A DNA stretch of 64,000 nucleotides. Source: Octopus sinensis (Eukaryota). The notes under the pieces were generated by a model. That model saw nothing but the letters and a program-made list of their open reading frames with translations, did not search any database and was not told the DNA's origin. Made by a program: the position numbers and the translations under genes. Below are positions 40,784-54,495 of the stretch, in pieces (position 1 is the stretch's first letter; the number at the start of each line of letters is the position of its first letter). The stretch spans positions 52,824,001-52,888,000 of the forward strand of contig NC_042998.1 of assembly GCF_006345805.1 (NCBI RefSeq), in the 5' to 3' direction.

Positions 40784-41644
40784 AAATGCTCTACGAATTC
40801 TGCCAATCTACTGCCCTTGGTCTTCAGATTAATCCAATTTTTTCTAAGTTAGTGTTTATGGTTTTAAAAGAAGTGAAAACTTTAATCCAACTAAAATAAA
40901 TTATGATTCTCCTTCTTCAGCATTATGATTTTATCATTTAAACAATATACATTAACATCAATAAAAATTCCTCATAATCTGCCATAAAACTGTTTTAATG
41001 CCCTCATCTGAGTTACTATTACTGCTTTATGTCTTCATAATTTCCTGATAAATGATACTTGCCTTTTTAATTATTTATCCTCAAATAATATTGAGCCAAT
41101 AATAAAGCACTTTATTTCCATTTATTGGTAATTTTGGTAATTAGTTATTGCAAGCAACTCGCAGTTGCATTTCTATACATATAATAAGAGTTAAATGAAG
41201 ATAGAAAATTAAATTATTCATGATGGCATATAATGTTTATAACCAAGTGCACTAGAGTATATAACTATCTGCTCTGAAGGCAAAATAAAGTATAAAGAGT
41301 ATGACAAATTCAAAACAGAATTCTTTGAGAATATTAATTACCAGTTATGTCTAAAATGCAGGCTGACACCATGTAATAGCTAAATAAATTATCAAAAGTG
41401 GGGTAAGTATAAATGATTTTCTTCTTGGTGAATCACAAGGCAGAATGGTGGGTCACAAAACAGAAAATGCCATCAATAACAGCATGAAAACTTTGGGTTA
41501 AAAGCCCTTTGGAAAGTAAGAAACTCGAAGGCTGCCTGTGTGACTCAAACACACATCTCTAAACAAGAGAGGCATTGTTCTATTGGATTAAAGCAATCCT
41601 TCGAATTTCTCAATGCCATTTTTTATAGATTTATCTGCTTTCAG

Positions 41645-41750
41645 ATTCACCGTTCCAAAAAGAAATTATTTCATGTTCTCTCAAAGTTTATAAATGCTTA
41701 TGATGTCAAAAAAATAACTGATTTAAAATATTTTGCTCACCATTCTTCAG
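41645..41750 (+). CDS. Probable internal exon (IHRSKKKLFHVLSKFINAYDVKKITDLKYFAHHSS, phase 0 to 1)
   Basis: tttatctgctttcag| acceptor, 106 nt open, CAG|GTACAT donor; phase-compatible with 45179. Confidence 0.5.
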
Positions 41751-42653
41751 GTACATAAAGAAAAATAAGTTAACTGAATCATATATCTAGGCATTTGGGA
41801 CACATTCCTGATTTATTCCTCTTCATTTGATTCTTTATTCAGGGAGACTTTGTTCTATCATCTATCTAAACTAATGAAGGAGCTTCTACACAGTTGTTTG
41901 ACTTGTGAGAAATAGCAGTTAAATTTCCCTCAAATTATATCCTACAGTCTTGGAGAAGAAAGGACAAATTAGACAATTTAGTCTCTATCATACAACAAAA
42001 TAGCAAAATAAAAACAATGAAATAATTTTTCCTAATTTTAGCACAAGGCCAGCAATTTTGAAAGGAGGGAAGCAAGTTGATTACAACTCCAGTGCAAGAA
42101 TGGTACTTATTTTAGGGACCCTTAAAGGATGAAGGGCAAAATTGACTTCAGTGGATTTTTGAACTTAGAACATAGGGATTCAGAAGCAATGTCACTAAAC
42201 ATTTAGTCCAATGTGCTAATGATTCTGCCAGCTTGTTGCCTTCTAATAATTTAATAAAATCAGTCTTATGATACTTGGAATGACTTTGATCAAAGGTCTG
42301 CTCACTCAAAGCTGACTCACCTAGTGGTGGTTTGTTATGTTCCAAAATCCCCTGTGATAGGTGAAAATCTGCAAAGTAGAAACAGTTCTATACTGTGTAC
42401 ATATATATATATCATCATCGTCGTTTAACGTCCGTTCTCCATGCTAGCATGGGTTGGACGGTTCGACCGGGGTTCTGGGAAGCCAGAAGGCTGCACCAGG
42501 CTCCAGTCTAATCTGGCAATGTTTCTACAGCTGGATGCCCTTCCTAACGCCAACCACTCCGTGAGTGTAGTGGGTGCTTTTTACGTGCCACCTGCACAGG
42601 TGCCAGGCGGGGCTGGCAACGGCCACGGTCAGATTGGTGTATTTTATGTGCCA

Positions 42654-42691
<38 letters not shown>

Positions 42692-42747
42692 GTATATATA
42701 CACATGTACGTATATATACACACACATATATATATATACATACATAC

Positions 42748-42790
<43 letters not shown>

Positions 42791-43135
42791 CTGTGTGAGT
42801 GTGTCTTTCAGTTTGTGTACACCCCTTCACCACCATTTGACAACCAGTGGTAGTTTATTTACATCAATGTAACTTAACAGAAAATTATATGAGAAACCTA
42901 TTTAAGTTCTTGCAAGGGGAAAAGAAATATTGCTGGAAAATGCAGTAATACCTCATTTTATGAGGATCTGCTTTACAAGACCCAAAGTTTACGAATTTTT
43001 ACAAGTTTTTATTTTCTGTTTATGAGTTTTCGCATTATGAATGTTCTCTGGGATCAATTTAACTCATCAAATTAACTGCATGTAGATTTTAGCTCCACTG
43101 TTGCTACTTCTTCGTCAATGTGTGTGTGTGCATGT

Positions 43136-43167
<32 letters not shown>

Positions 43168-43184
43168 GAGAAATGAAAAGTAAT

Positions 43185-43420
43185 GAAAAGGCAGCGAGCT
43201 GGCAGAAACGTTAGCACACCGTGCAAAATGCTTAGCAGTATTTCGTCTGCCGTTACGTCCTGAGTTCAAATTCCGCCGAGGTCGACTTTGCCTTTCATCC
43301 TTTCGGGGTCGATTAAATAAGTGCCAGTTACGCACTGGGGTCGATATAATCGACTTAATCTGTTTGTCTGTCCTTGTTTGTCCCCTCTGTGTTTAGCTCC
43401 TTGTGGGCAATAACGAAATA
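43185..43420 (+). mobile_element. Young monomeric family B SINE with a 16-bp TSD
   Basis: AGAAATGAAAAGTAAT at 43169-43184 and 43421-43436; CpGs largely intact. Confidence 0.9.
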
Positions 43421-44108
43421 AGAAATGAAAAGTAATCAGTTCACAGTTAGCTCAGTATGCGATCTAGTCATAGTAAAATGAACTTCACAAACTGACAAGG
43501 GAACCACTATGTGGTTTCTCAACTTGCCTGACAGCTGCAGTCAAATCTCTTTGTAGAGTGAACCCCTACAACTTTGAAAAGAGAAAACATATCGGACAAT
43601 GTAGTCTTAGACACACTCAGATGTCTAAGAAAAGAACTGAATATCATAATGATAGGTTTGCTGGATCGGGATCAAGCTGATGTTAAAGAACAAATGGTCA
43701 GAATTAATCCCAATGAGGCTAAGGAAACAGAAACTGGATACAAGCACCATCTGCTTTGATTAGCTTGATAAAAAATAATTGTTGCTATATGGTAAGCAAC
43801 AGATCATCATATGTTATCATTTGTTGTTAACATTTGTTGATCATCATTTGTTGTTAACATTTACTTTTCAATGCATGCATGCATCAGACAGTATTTTGTT
43901 GAGGCAGGTTTCCTAATGTCTAGTGCCCGTCCTGGTATTAATTCTCACCTGTTTCTGAGTAAGGTAACAGTTCTCGATAACCAGACATTTCTGTTACAGA
44001 AGACTAGAAATGAACAACATTGCTTGCATAACAATGATGCTCATTTGTAACCAACACATGAAGTCAAAACAAGAACACACACACACACATACATTCATGT
44101 GTGTGTGT

Positions 44109-44139
<31 letters not shown>

Positions 44140-45178
44140 CACACAATGGTCTTCTTCCAGCTTCTGTCTATCGAATCCATTCATAGGGCTTTGGTCAGCC
44201 CCCAATGTCATGCAGTAGGACTGAACCCAAAAGCGCACATTTGGGAGGTAACTTTCTTAACTACCCAGTCATATTTGCTCCTGTAACCATGCCACTTGCA
44301 ACTATTGAATTCATAAAAAAAGACAGCTTCCTTTTATTATCCAATATCTATTTGGTTCCTATTGTTTCTAGTACAGAAGTGATTAGATTAATAAAGCTAT
44401 ATAGTTTACTGATATATTGGTTCTATTATAACTGAAGTATGAAATTTGTATGTTTCATGTTTTGTTTTAATTATAAAAGTTGAGCATTGAAGCTAACAAT
44501 GAAAAAGAACAAAGTCAGGAGATCTCTGCTGAGAAAAGATAGCACTTCTGTCTAAAGCTGCCATTAGCAGTGCACAGAGTGTAAATTTGAGAGGATAAAA
44601 TGTAATAGAGTACATAGTTGATTGAAATACGGATACAACTAATGGTAGGTCAGCATCATTTTTGTTGGTATATATATTACTGTTTTAATGAGAGTTTATC
44701 TGTGCTGTTATGGATTAGAGGAGTCTACCATAGAAAGAAGCTTTTATCTTTTACTTGTTTCAGCAATGTTGAGGCACTACCTTAAAGTGTTTAGTCAAAC
44801 AAAATGGCCTCAGTATTAATTTACTAATTTTTTTGTTGTTTAAGCTTAGTGTTTAGCCTATCGATCGCTTCTTGCTAAACTGCTAAGTTACGGAGATGTG
44901 AACAAACTAACAACAGTTGTCATGTGATGGTCGCTGACAAATGCATAAACATGTACACACATACATGTATGATGGGCTCCAATTTCTGTCTGCCAAATCC
45001 ACACACAAGGATTTAGTGAGTCCAGAGTTACAGTTGAAGACACTTGTTCAAGATATGATGCAGTTTAACTGAACCTGGAACCATGTAGTTAGGAAGCAAT
45101 CTTCTTACCACACAGCCCTGCCCGTCCAATTTTTCATCATCTCATTTATGAGGCTACTTCAATGGTTCCTTCTTTTAG

Positions 45179-45243
45179 GTAGATTATATGGATTTATCTT
45201 AGAGAATATCACAACTGATTTTGATCTTGCATTATCTCATTTG
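45179..45243 (+). CDS. Probable internal exon (GRLYGFILENITTDFDLALSHL, phase 1 to 0)
   Basis: ggttccttcttttag| acceptor and TTG|GTAAGC donor. Only the phase-1 frame is open, matching the phase-1 end of exon 41645-41750. Confidence 0.55.
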
Positions 45244-48070
45244 GTAAGCTGTTTCATGAAACAGTTATTTTTTACTAATGACGCCTTCCATTTTTGTATT
45301 CATTGCTTATTGTCCATTCACATCATGCATTCATACTACCAAAGTTGTCTCCCATGATGTCTTTAATATCTTATCGCTCTCCTTCAATTGCATCATTACA
45401 CATTCAACATGTCATACTCGACTCCCTTCTCTCTTGAGTCTGCCAATCTTACATATTCAATGTCTATGTCTCATCAAGTGAAGTTATATGGCCAAGTTGT
45501 GGGGTGCTGAACTCACAATCATAAGGTTGCAGGTTCAATTACTTAAGTGGATGGTACACTGTGTCCTTGAGCAAGGCACTCAATTTTATGTTACTCTAGT
45601 CTGCACAACTGAAAATGAACACCAGTTCTCTCCATCCAGCTGTCACATCCTTGAACATTCATTGGGTCAAGAGTGGGAGAGCCATGAAGGTGTATATGTT
45701 AGCTTGTGAGTATGACTTTCTGTTTCATTATCACACAACATTCCACTTCTTAAACATATTTCATACAATCTGTCCTCGACACAAAGTAAAAGACTTAGTT
45801 TCCAATAGAAGCAACAGTTCCTTGAACTCCTTTCAACCTTTTCGTATTCTAGCCTCTATGCTTTCACAGTAGCAAACCAACACACTAATTAGATCATTGA
45901 GGTAACAGAAACTCTGAACTATGTGTAATGAACCATCTGTGAAGTTTATGGACTTCATTCTATTGTTAATTATTCCTGTACATGTAACACATCTGAAGTA
46001 TTTTTCTTACAACTTTCTGACAAATCCTGCCATGTGAGTAAGGTCACCAACATATAAAAGTTCTCAAAGATAATAATTAACGAAGAAGAGAATCTGACTC
46101 ATTAATCTTATATCTTATTCATGAATCTTTTCGTGGCTTCAATCTTGTCAAGTCTGAATGAATCTTATTCACACTCTAAAGGTTATGCATTGTAGTAGAT
46201 AGAAACTTGCAGTCAGAAATACTTTTCCATTTATTTATATGTTGTTCTGTCAAAATAACAAGTCGTTACATTTCACAGTAATCACCTTACAGACATAAAT
46301 AATACCAAGGTGTCTACTTACTGAGCAACAAACGACACATAAATAATATTCACTAGATGACAAGTAAAGATATTTCTGTAATATTTTGTTGAGATTATGT
46401 TTGATTCTTTTATCTTTACAACTAAGTGGGTGTGGGTTCAATCCTACTGTGTGGAACCTTGGGCAAGTGTCTTCTATAATAACCCTGGATCAACCAATAC
46501 CATGCAAGTGAATTTGGTAGACAGAGAACTGTGTGAAAACTTGAATACATATGTGTGTGTGGGGGGGTTCCCACCCCACCTATTGACAACAAGTGTTAGT
46601 TGATGTCCCTGTAACTTAACAGTTTGGCAAAAGAGACTGACAGAGTGAGTATTAGAACTTTAAAGATAATTAGCACTGGGGTTGATTTGTTTGGCTAAGC
46701 CCTTCAGTGTGGTGCCCCAGCAAGGCCAGAGTCCAATAACTCAAACAAATAAAATATAAAAGATAAAATATAGAAAACAAGTAAAGCGATTTCCTGGACA
46801 AAAAACTGTGTCTTTTATCTTTTACTTGTTTCAGTCATTAGACTGGGCCATGCTGGGGCATTGCCTTGAAGAATTTTAATCAAATGAATTGACACCAGCT
46901 CTTATGATTTTTTTAAAGCCTGGTACTTATTCTACCTGTCTCTTTTGCCAAACAGCTAAGTTATGGGATGTAAACACACCAGCACTGGTTGTCAAGTAGT
47001 GGTGGTAGGAGGGAGAAACACAGACACAAAGACACACTCACACAGACGCACACACACACACATATATATATACAATATATATGACAGGCTTCTTTAAGTT
47101 TCCGTCTACCAAATCTACTCCCAAGGCCTTGTTTGACCTGAGACACTTGCCCACGGTGCCATGCAATGGGACTGAACCCAGAACCATGTGATTGAGAAGC
47201 AGGCTTCTTACCACACACCCATGCCTGCACCTATGATTCTGTAATTTCAGTACTCATCTTTTATCTTTTACTTGTTTTAGTCATTGGACTGTGGCCATAC
47301 TGGGGCACCCCAATCAAGAATCGATCTCAGTTCTTATACTTTTCCTTTTAAAAACCTGGTACTTATTTTATCAGAGCCTTTTGAGAAACTGCCAAGTTAC
47401 AGGGACACAAACACACAAGTACTGGTTGTGAAGCAATGGTTGGAGGACAGATACAGATGCTGAGACACACCCACATATGCACACTCTCTGTCTCACACAA
47501 ACACACACACAAACATGTACAAAAGGCTACTTTCAGTTTCTGTCAACCAAATACATTCACAAGGCTTTGGTCAGCCTGGGACTATAGTAGAAGTCACTTA
47601 CCCAAGATGCTAAGCAGTGGGACTGAACCCAGAGCCCTGCACTTGGGAAGCAAGCTTCTTACCACAGAGCCACACCAGTACCTATTTAAGGACTGCAATT
47701 AAGAGCTAATTATTTTGAATTTTCCAGATTACAATTGATAGAAAATGTATCAGCATTAAATTAGTGTAGGATGGAGAGTGACCTTTAACAGGGCATTAAT
47801 TCATGCTTTTAATTAGTTCTGAAACCACTAGATTGATATTGGTAATAGTAGTTAAACGTGAGATTATCTGTTGTATTCAAAAACAATTTCTTTACATTTG
47901 TCAAAAGTAATTAGAATTATTTTTAGTATCGGAAGGGGGAACATTTATGCAGGGTGCAAGGGGCATTTAAAGACACTTAATTACCAGAATATTTCAATCT
48001 TCAAGCCAATTATAAGGTATTTAATTATGTGTGTGTGTGTGCACGTGCGTGCGTGCATGTGTGTGTATAT

Positions 48071-48420
48071 CTAGGAGGTGATACCACAAGGTTCCTGGAC
48101 CAGTTATGTTTAATAAAAAATAACTTATTTACCAAAATTTTAGCATCATCTCCTTTGAAATAGTCACTTTGCACAGCAATGTACTAGTTCTGGTGTTCCT
48201 GCCACTTTTGGAATCCAATAACACACCCTGTCACCGAGCTTTCCTCACACATGAGTTTCTCACCAAAAACAACATGGTATTGCTTCTGCACCCACCCAGT
48301 TCACCAGATTTAGCATCTTTAAACTTCCATCTCTTCTCCAAGATGAAAATGCAGCTCAAAGATCGCCATTTTAGCACTGTTTTCGAGATCCAGACTGAGT
48401 CACAGAAAGTCCTCAAAGGA
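48071..48420. mobile_element. Rearranged mariner remnant
   Basis: Plus strand HPPSSPDLASLNFHLFSKMKMQLKDRHF...EIQTESQKVL; minus strand GFQKWQEHQN*YIAVQSDYFKGD. Confidence 0.75.
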
Positions 48421-48849
48421 CGAAAGGCAAAGTTGACCTCAGCGAAATTTGAACTCAACGTAAAGACAAACGAAATGCCATTAAGCCTTTTGCCCATCAT
48501 GCTAACAATTCTACCAGCTCACCACTATTACCTATTACCCTAGAGCTAATATTGGTTTAAAATGTTGGCACAAGGCCAGCAAGTTTCGTGGAGTACATTA
48601 ACTCCAGTGCTCAGCTGGTATTTTTTTAATCGACCATGAAAGGAATAAAGGTAAAGTTGACCCCATTGGAATTTGAACTCAGAATATAAAATCAATCAAA
48701 ATGCTGTTAAGTATTTTGCCCATCATCCTAATGATTCTGCCAGCTCACCACCATTACCCTATATATATCAATGAAGTATGATGCAGTCTCTGGGCCTTTA
48801 TGGATGTTAAATGATGACGATGATGAGAAGAATGAAAGGCAAACTTGAA

Positions 48850-49269
48850 CTTATTTCTTTATTGCCCACATGGGTGCTAAACATAGAGGGGACAAACAAG
48901 GACAGAAAAAGGGATTAAGTCGATTACATCGACCCCAGTGCATAACTGGTACTCAATTTATCAACTTCGAAAGGATGAAAGGCAAAGTCGACCTCAGTGG
49001 AATTTGAACTCATAATGTAACGGCAGACGAAATACCTATTTCTTTACTACCCACAAGGGGCTAAACACAGAGGGAACAAACAAGGAGAGGCAAACAGATT
49101 AAGTCGATTACATCGACCCCAGTGTATAACTGGTACTCAATTTATCGACTTCGAAAAGATGAAAGGCAAAGTCGACCTTGGCGAAATTTGAACTCAGAAC
49201 ATAATGGCAGACGAAATGCCGCTAAGTATTTCGCCTGGCATACTAACGTTTCTGCCAGCTCACTGCCTT
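48850..49269 (-). mobile_element. Dimeric family B SINE, second copy
   Basis: Same junction (GTAGTAAAGAAATAG|GTATTTCGTCTGCCG on the element strand) as 40358-40783. Confidence 0.85.
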
Positions 49270-49651
49270 GAAAAGCAAACTTTAACTTGGCAGGATATGA
49301 ACTCAGAACACAAAATTTGCAACTAAATACTGCAAAACATTTTGTCTGACATTCTAATGATACTGTCATTAATAAAACCAGATAAGAGTGAGTAAAGCAA
49401 TCAAGGATATGAACATAAAGAAAATTGTAGCTTTATCTGAGGTAGTCAATAAAAGGATAAAAAAACAAAAAACAAACAAAAAGCAGAATGGGTTAATTTT
49501 CCACTTAACTTAGTTAAGTTGTGCAACAAAGTGTTATCCTCAAATTACTAGCAACATTGTTAAACGTAAAAGAGATACTCTAAAGAAAGGAAATTACTGG
49601 AGCATTAAGTAAATAGATCAATAGATCAAGCCATCACCATAATAGTAAATA

Positions 49652-49689
<38 letters not shown>

Positions 49690-50099
49690 ACACAGATACT
49701 AAACATATTTGGTGCAGTGAGTCAAAAATTGCTAATTAAAATTACACCCATATGGATGAGAAAAAAAAATCACAACTCTGAAATAACTATTAATTAAATA
49801 TAGAATACAATATAGAATAGGCCTGTCTTTGGCAATAGAGTGACATCTCTGGACAAAGAAATAGATTACAAAAGATGCAGATTGTATTTGAATTAAGGCA
49901 TTGGAGATGTGGTAGTATATTTTTAATAATAAGATTATTTGGTGCAAGCATGGCTGTATGATAAGAAGCTTGCTTCCTAAACACATGGTTCTGGGTTCAG
50001 TCCTACTGTGTGGTACCTTTGGCAAGAGTCTTCTAGTATAGTCTCAGGACAACCAAAGCTTTGTAAGTGGATTTGGTAGATGGAAACTGAAAGAAGTCT

Positions 50100-50500
50100 A
50101 TGGAAAGAACTTGTGAAAGTGGTAGACCCAAGAAGACATGGGACGAAGTGTTGAGAAAGGATATTCAGATGCTGGGCCTCACTGAGATGACAAGCGACCA
50201 GTGTTTACTGTACTTGAAAAAATATATCAAGCTAAGTAAAATCACTATCTTCTACACATACATGTTTGTCCTTTATGGGTACTGGTGCCACATAAAATGC
50301 ACTCATGTTGGTGCTGCATAAATACACCCATGCCAGTGGCACATAAAAAGTACCCAGTACACTCTGCAAAGTGGTTGGCATTAGGAAGGGCAACCTGTTG
50401 CAGAAACCACGCCACAACAGAGAATTGGAGTCTGGTCAGCTCCTGTCAAATCATCCAATTCATGCCAGCATGGAAAATGAACATTAAATAATGATGATAT
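50100..50500 (+). mobile_element. RTE LINE C-terminus plus 3' UTR, inserted into a family A SINE
   Basis: GRPKKTWDEVLRKDIQMLGLTEMTSD runs into the family E UTR and a GATGAT tail. Family A halves flank it at 49945-50100 and 50500-50700. Same C-terminus at 54500-54632 (-) and 63010-63085 (+). Confidence 0.8.
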
Positions 50501-52059
50501 CAATGTGTGAGTGTGTGTTTGTATCTGTGTTTGTCCCCAACCACTGCTTGACAGCTGGTGCTGGTGTGCTTATGTCCCCATAACTCAGCTATTTCACAAA
50601 ATATGTCCTGGCATCAATTTGTTTCACTAAAGCACTTCAAGGTGGTGTCCCAGCATGGCCACAGTCAAATGACTGCAGCAAGTAAAAGATAAAAGATTAT
50701 TATTCTGTTTTGGAACGGTAAACCTCAAAGCACACTGAGCTATAAGAAATAGCAAGCAGTCTTTCACTTTTTCTAAGCAGAAGGTTTTGCAACCCAATAT
50801 GTCTTTATTTATAGCTTTATGTGAAGGCTTTTCTTGGTCTGTGGCTATAGCTGAATACACTTGCCCAAGGAGCCACGCAGTGGGGCTGAACCCAGAATTA
50901 TGTGATAGGGAAGCAAGCTTCTTACCACACAGCCACACTTGCACATAGTATATGATTTCTTTCTCTGACCATATATTTTTATCCAATCCTGACATGAATG
51001 TTTTACTTATCATTAAGGTTTTCCACTGTTCAATAATTTTGACTTTCTGGGGCCTTTCCATACTGGGATAATTTTAATGAATGAATAGTGGCTAAAATAT
51101 AAATGCATGGAAAGAACTTCAGAGAAATGTTATTTCAGCTAGCAACAAAGAATTTCCTTTTCTGCATGCAACGCAGAATATATGAGGCATGTAGACAAGT
51201 GTTATATCTTATAGCAATGAAACATGGATATGAGGTATCAGATGTAGCAGAAGATGAATGAGTTGGGCATAGTCTGCTGGATGTACAACAGGAATTTGCA
51301 AGAAATACTGATAGGAAATCTCAGCAGAAGTGCATTGAAACATTGAAAAAGCATTTGTGACTTGGAATTAATGGCCAATGTAGTTTAAAAAGAGAACTGC
51401 ATTATCTTAAACTTGTAATGCAAATGATGTTACCCAATGCATGAAAAACAGCAGTAAGTTAGTAATACAATATCATGTTTCAATAAACCATGAAGATTTA
51501 AGCAGTGGTTGCTTGGACAGATTTATAAACATTGAGAAAATATCAAGGAGATAAGATAATATAGAAACAAAACATTTTATTTTTGGGTGTGTAGTTGTAG
51601 TAATTAGTCCACAGTGAATGAGCAGTGTCCTGGCACTCCCAGATTAGTAATAACCAAGAATTTAATAATTTATTGACCATTTAAATTTTAAACAAATTTG
51701 TCATTTGCTATGAAACAATAGCTTAATTTTGTTTATATTTGAATAAATTTCACAGAAAAGCTGTTTCTTTGAGTGTTAAGCATATTTTTGCACTTGAAGC
51801 TTGTTGTTGCCATTAGTTGTACACTTCCAATTCACAAAGCAGTGGTTTTCAAATCATAGTTGAAAGCTCTGCAAATCACAAAGGGAACTAAAAACTATTA
51901 TCTAGTTATAAAATAGTTAAAGCCGTTTTTATATATAGTGTTGTTAATGGGTTTTTTTTTTGTACTTCAAGAAAATAAGTACGTTATTCAAAATACGAAA
52001 AGGAATATATTTTACAAAAGAAAAACAAAGCAAAAAGGGAAAAGAAAAAAGCATCAATG

Positions 52060-52540
52060 CAACATGAAGTGCTTCAATTGGTCACACACCACAAAGTTCA
52101 ACATGTTTCTGGCTTTACCATGAGTGATGGCAAGGCTAAGGCATTGGAAAAGCCAAGCACCCTTACAGGCATCACCTGACACCTTGGTAAGGCGAGCTAC
52201 CAATGATGACAAGAACTTTGCCATTAGTGGCCCAGCACTTTCAAATGTCTCAAACATCACAGGCAGGAAGAGATAGTTCACTGCCAGTCCTGATACTTCA
52301 GGGCGTTGTTCCATTTGGTTACAGAAAAAGTGACCCTCCAATTTACTGCAGTATCTTGGACTGTGGTGTCCCAAATGAGGCACCTACCCAGGGACAGAGG
52401 GTAAGACCATCTGGTCTCTTTCCATCACTTCTGGATGATCCTGCCAGCTCCAGAATTGAGGGGATACTAATCTGAGTTAGAGCCTGTTTAAATGATAGAT
52501 GAAATGTGTTGTAAACGACAGATGAATGTTTCACAACTTT
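52060..52540 (-). mobile_element. CRE-like non-LTR retrotransposon restriction-like endonuclease fragment
   Basis: ALTQISIPSILELAGSSRSDGKRPDGLTLCPW, frameshift, LIWDTTVQDT, then YLFLPVMFETF...LVARLTKVSGD...WLFQCLSLAITHGKA. Confidence 0.75.
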
Positions 52541-53099
52541 CACTAAACAACCTACACTGGGATTATTTGTAGTGTTTATGTTGTACATTAGCTCTAAGTA
52601 TTAGGGTCAATTAGTTCAACTAAAATTCCTCAAGATTGTGCCCCAACATGGCCACAGTCTAATGACTGAACCAAGTAAAGATTAAAATATAAAACACTGT
52701 CACCTCTAGCAATTTTCATACCAATGTGGAAGACAGTGTTCTGTACTCCACTTGTGGAGGCACATATCTTAGTGATTAGGGTATTGGACTCATGATTTTA
52801 AGATTGTGGTTTCAATACCTGGACCAGGTGATGCATTATGTTCTTGGACAAAACATTTCATTTCACACTGCTCCAGTCTAATCAGCTGGCACAAATGAAT
52901 AATCCTACAACTGACCGGCATCCCATCCAGGTGAGGAATATATATGCCATGAAACCAGGAACCCAGCCCTTATGAGTCAGCATGACTTGAGAAGTGATGT
53001 TTACCTATACTCCACTAATTTCTGTATACAGTACTGAACCGTAAAGTACCTAAACATTTCTCACCCAAAATATTTGTCCTTAATGAATAAATATTTCAG

Positions 53100-53159
53100 A
53101 AACACTATCGATTGAAAACTCCATGGAAAAGTCCTATCATATATGACCAACTAAAATAA
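53100..53159 (+). CDS. Candidate terminal coding exon (KHYRLKTPWKSPIIYDQLK*)
   Basis: atatttcag| acceptor; phase 0 compatible with 45243; TAA stop; AATAAA motifs downstream near 53257 and 53456. Confidence 0.3.
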   Translation, partial: KHYRLKTPWKSPIIYDQLK

Positions 53160-54383
53160 CACTTCTGGAAAAGTGATACCACCATGCTGTCTTTTCTCTT
53201 CTTATAAACAGTATACAGTGAGGAGTATCATTCTTCTCCCTAATCTTAGACCCTACAATAAATTTAACATTGCTTTTCGATATCCTTCATAAAACAGAAA
53301 TAATAGGTTCTTGAGAAAGTACTGAAGTTGATATTATCATCTAAACCACTTAAAGGCAGTGCTCCAGCATGTTCGTTGCAGCCAACTGAATTTAGCCAGT
53401 AGAAAAACAAAGAATAATAGAATATTTAAGTTGGTTCTCTTCAGCATTACTACAGAATAAATTGCTGTTCTATTCATTTCCATTTTCAACCGTTTTGAGA
53501 AATATTTTCTTCACTGAGGAGTATTACTCTGGGGATGACAAAATTTTGAAACAATAACAATTATTTAAATTTAAAATAACTCAATTTTTCTCTAGTTTTG
53601 TGCTGTTTCTTGTCACTAACATCAATAAAGCTGTCAAGATGTCACTTAGGACTTATTTGCAAGTTGCAATATATTTTATTTTGCTTTGTGTATTTTTTCT
53701 TCAATAAAATATGTGGTATTATTTATTCTTTTTTTTTTAAATTATCCATCTCATAAAAATTAACCAGTAGAGGAATTCAGTTTTAAACCAACATCTAAAT
53801 ATTACAAAAAAGGCTAAACAAAAAAGAAAAAGAATATAAAGAATAATATTAAACCAATAAAAAATATTCAAAAAATGAGATTAATTTCTACTCCAGTATT
53901 TGAATTTTTAGTTTGAAATTACATTTGTAATATTTATTATATTACTCAGAATAATACTGTTTTGTTGCACCATAATTCTAACTCTGAAGCAAGTATAGTC
54001 TTCATCTACCTTTTGGAGAACTTCAAAATTGGTAAGGAGGAAGAAAGATTAAAGATTTTTGCCAACCTAACATGGCAGTCGTGGTTTAGGATGAATGTTG
54101 CTGTAATTTAGCCCCAGGAGACATCATCTCCAGTTGGCTATACGACAGGATTTGTGTCCTTATATTTTCAAACAAGGGAATCTAGCACCCCCACTCAACT
54201 CAAAACAATATCTGTATATCGCAATTTCCAAGTTATTTCCCTTCATCAGCACAGAATAATTGTTCGGTTAGAAGTGGTGCTGCCAAATTCCCATTCAAAA
54301 TATATAGTTTTCAAAGTGACAACTAGTCACAGATCTATAAATTAGAAAATAACTAATTTAAAATCTCTTATTATTATCATCAA

Positions 54384-54420
<37 letters not shown>

Positions 54421-54423
<3 letters not shown>

Positions 54424-54495
54424 ATCACTGCCGGGAGTCGAACTTGGAATCTTGGGGTTAGAAGCCCATGCTCTTAACCACTACACCATATGCCC
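54421..54495 (-). pseudogene. Solitary tRNA-like sequence (Arg-TCT-like loop) with an (AAT)n tail; retroposed tRNA or minimal SINE
   Basis: A box TGGTGTAGTGG, TGGG-CTTCTAA-CCCCA arm, GTTCGACTCC B box. The acceptor and T stems are imperfect, so it is not a functional tRNA. Confidence 0.55.
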
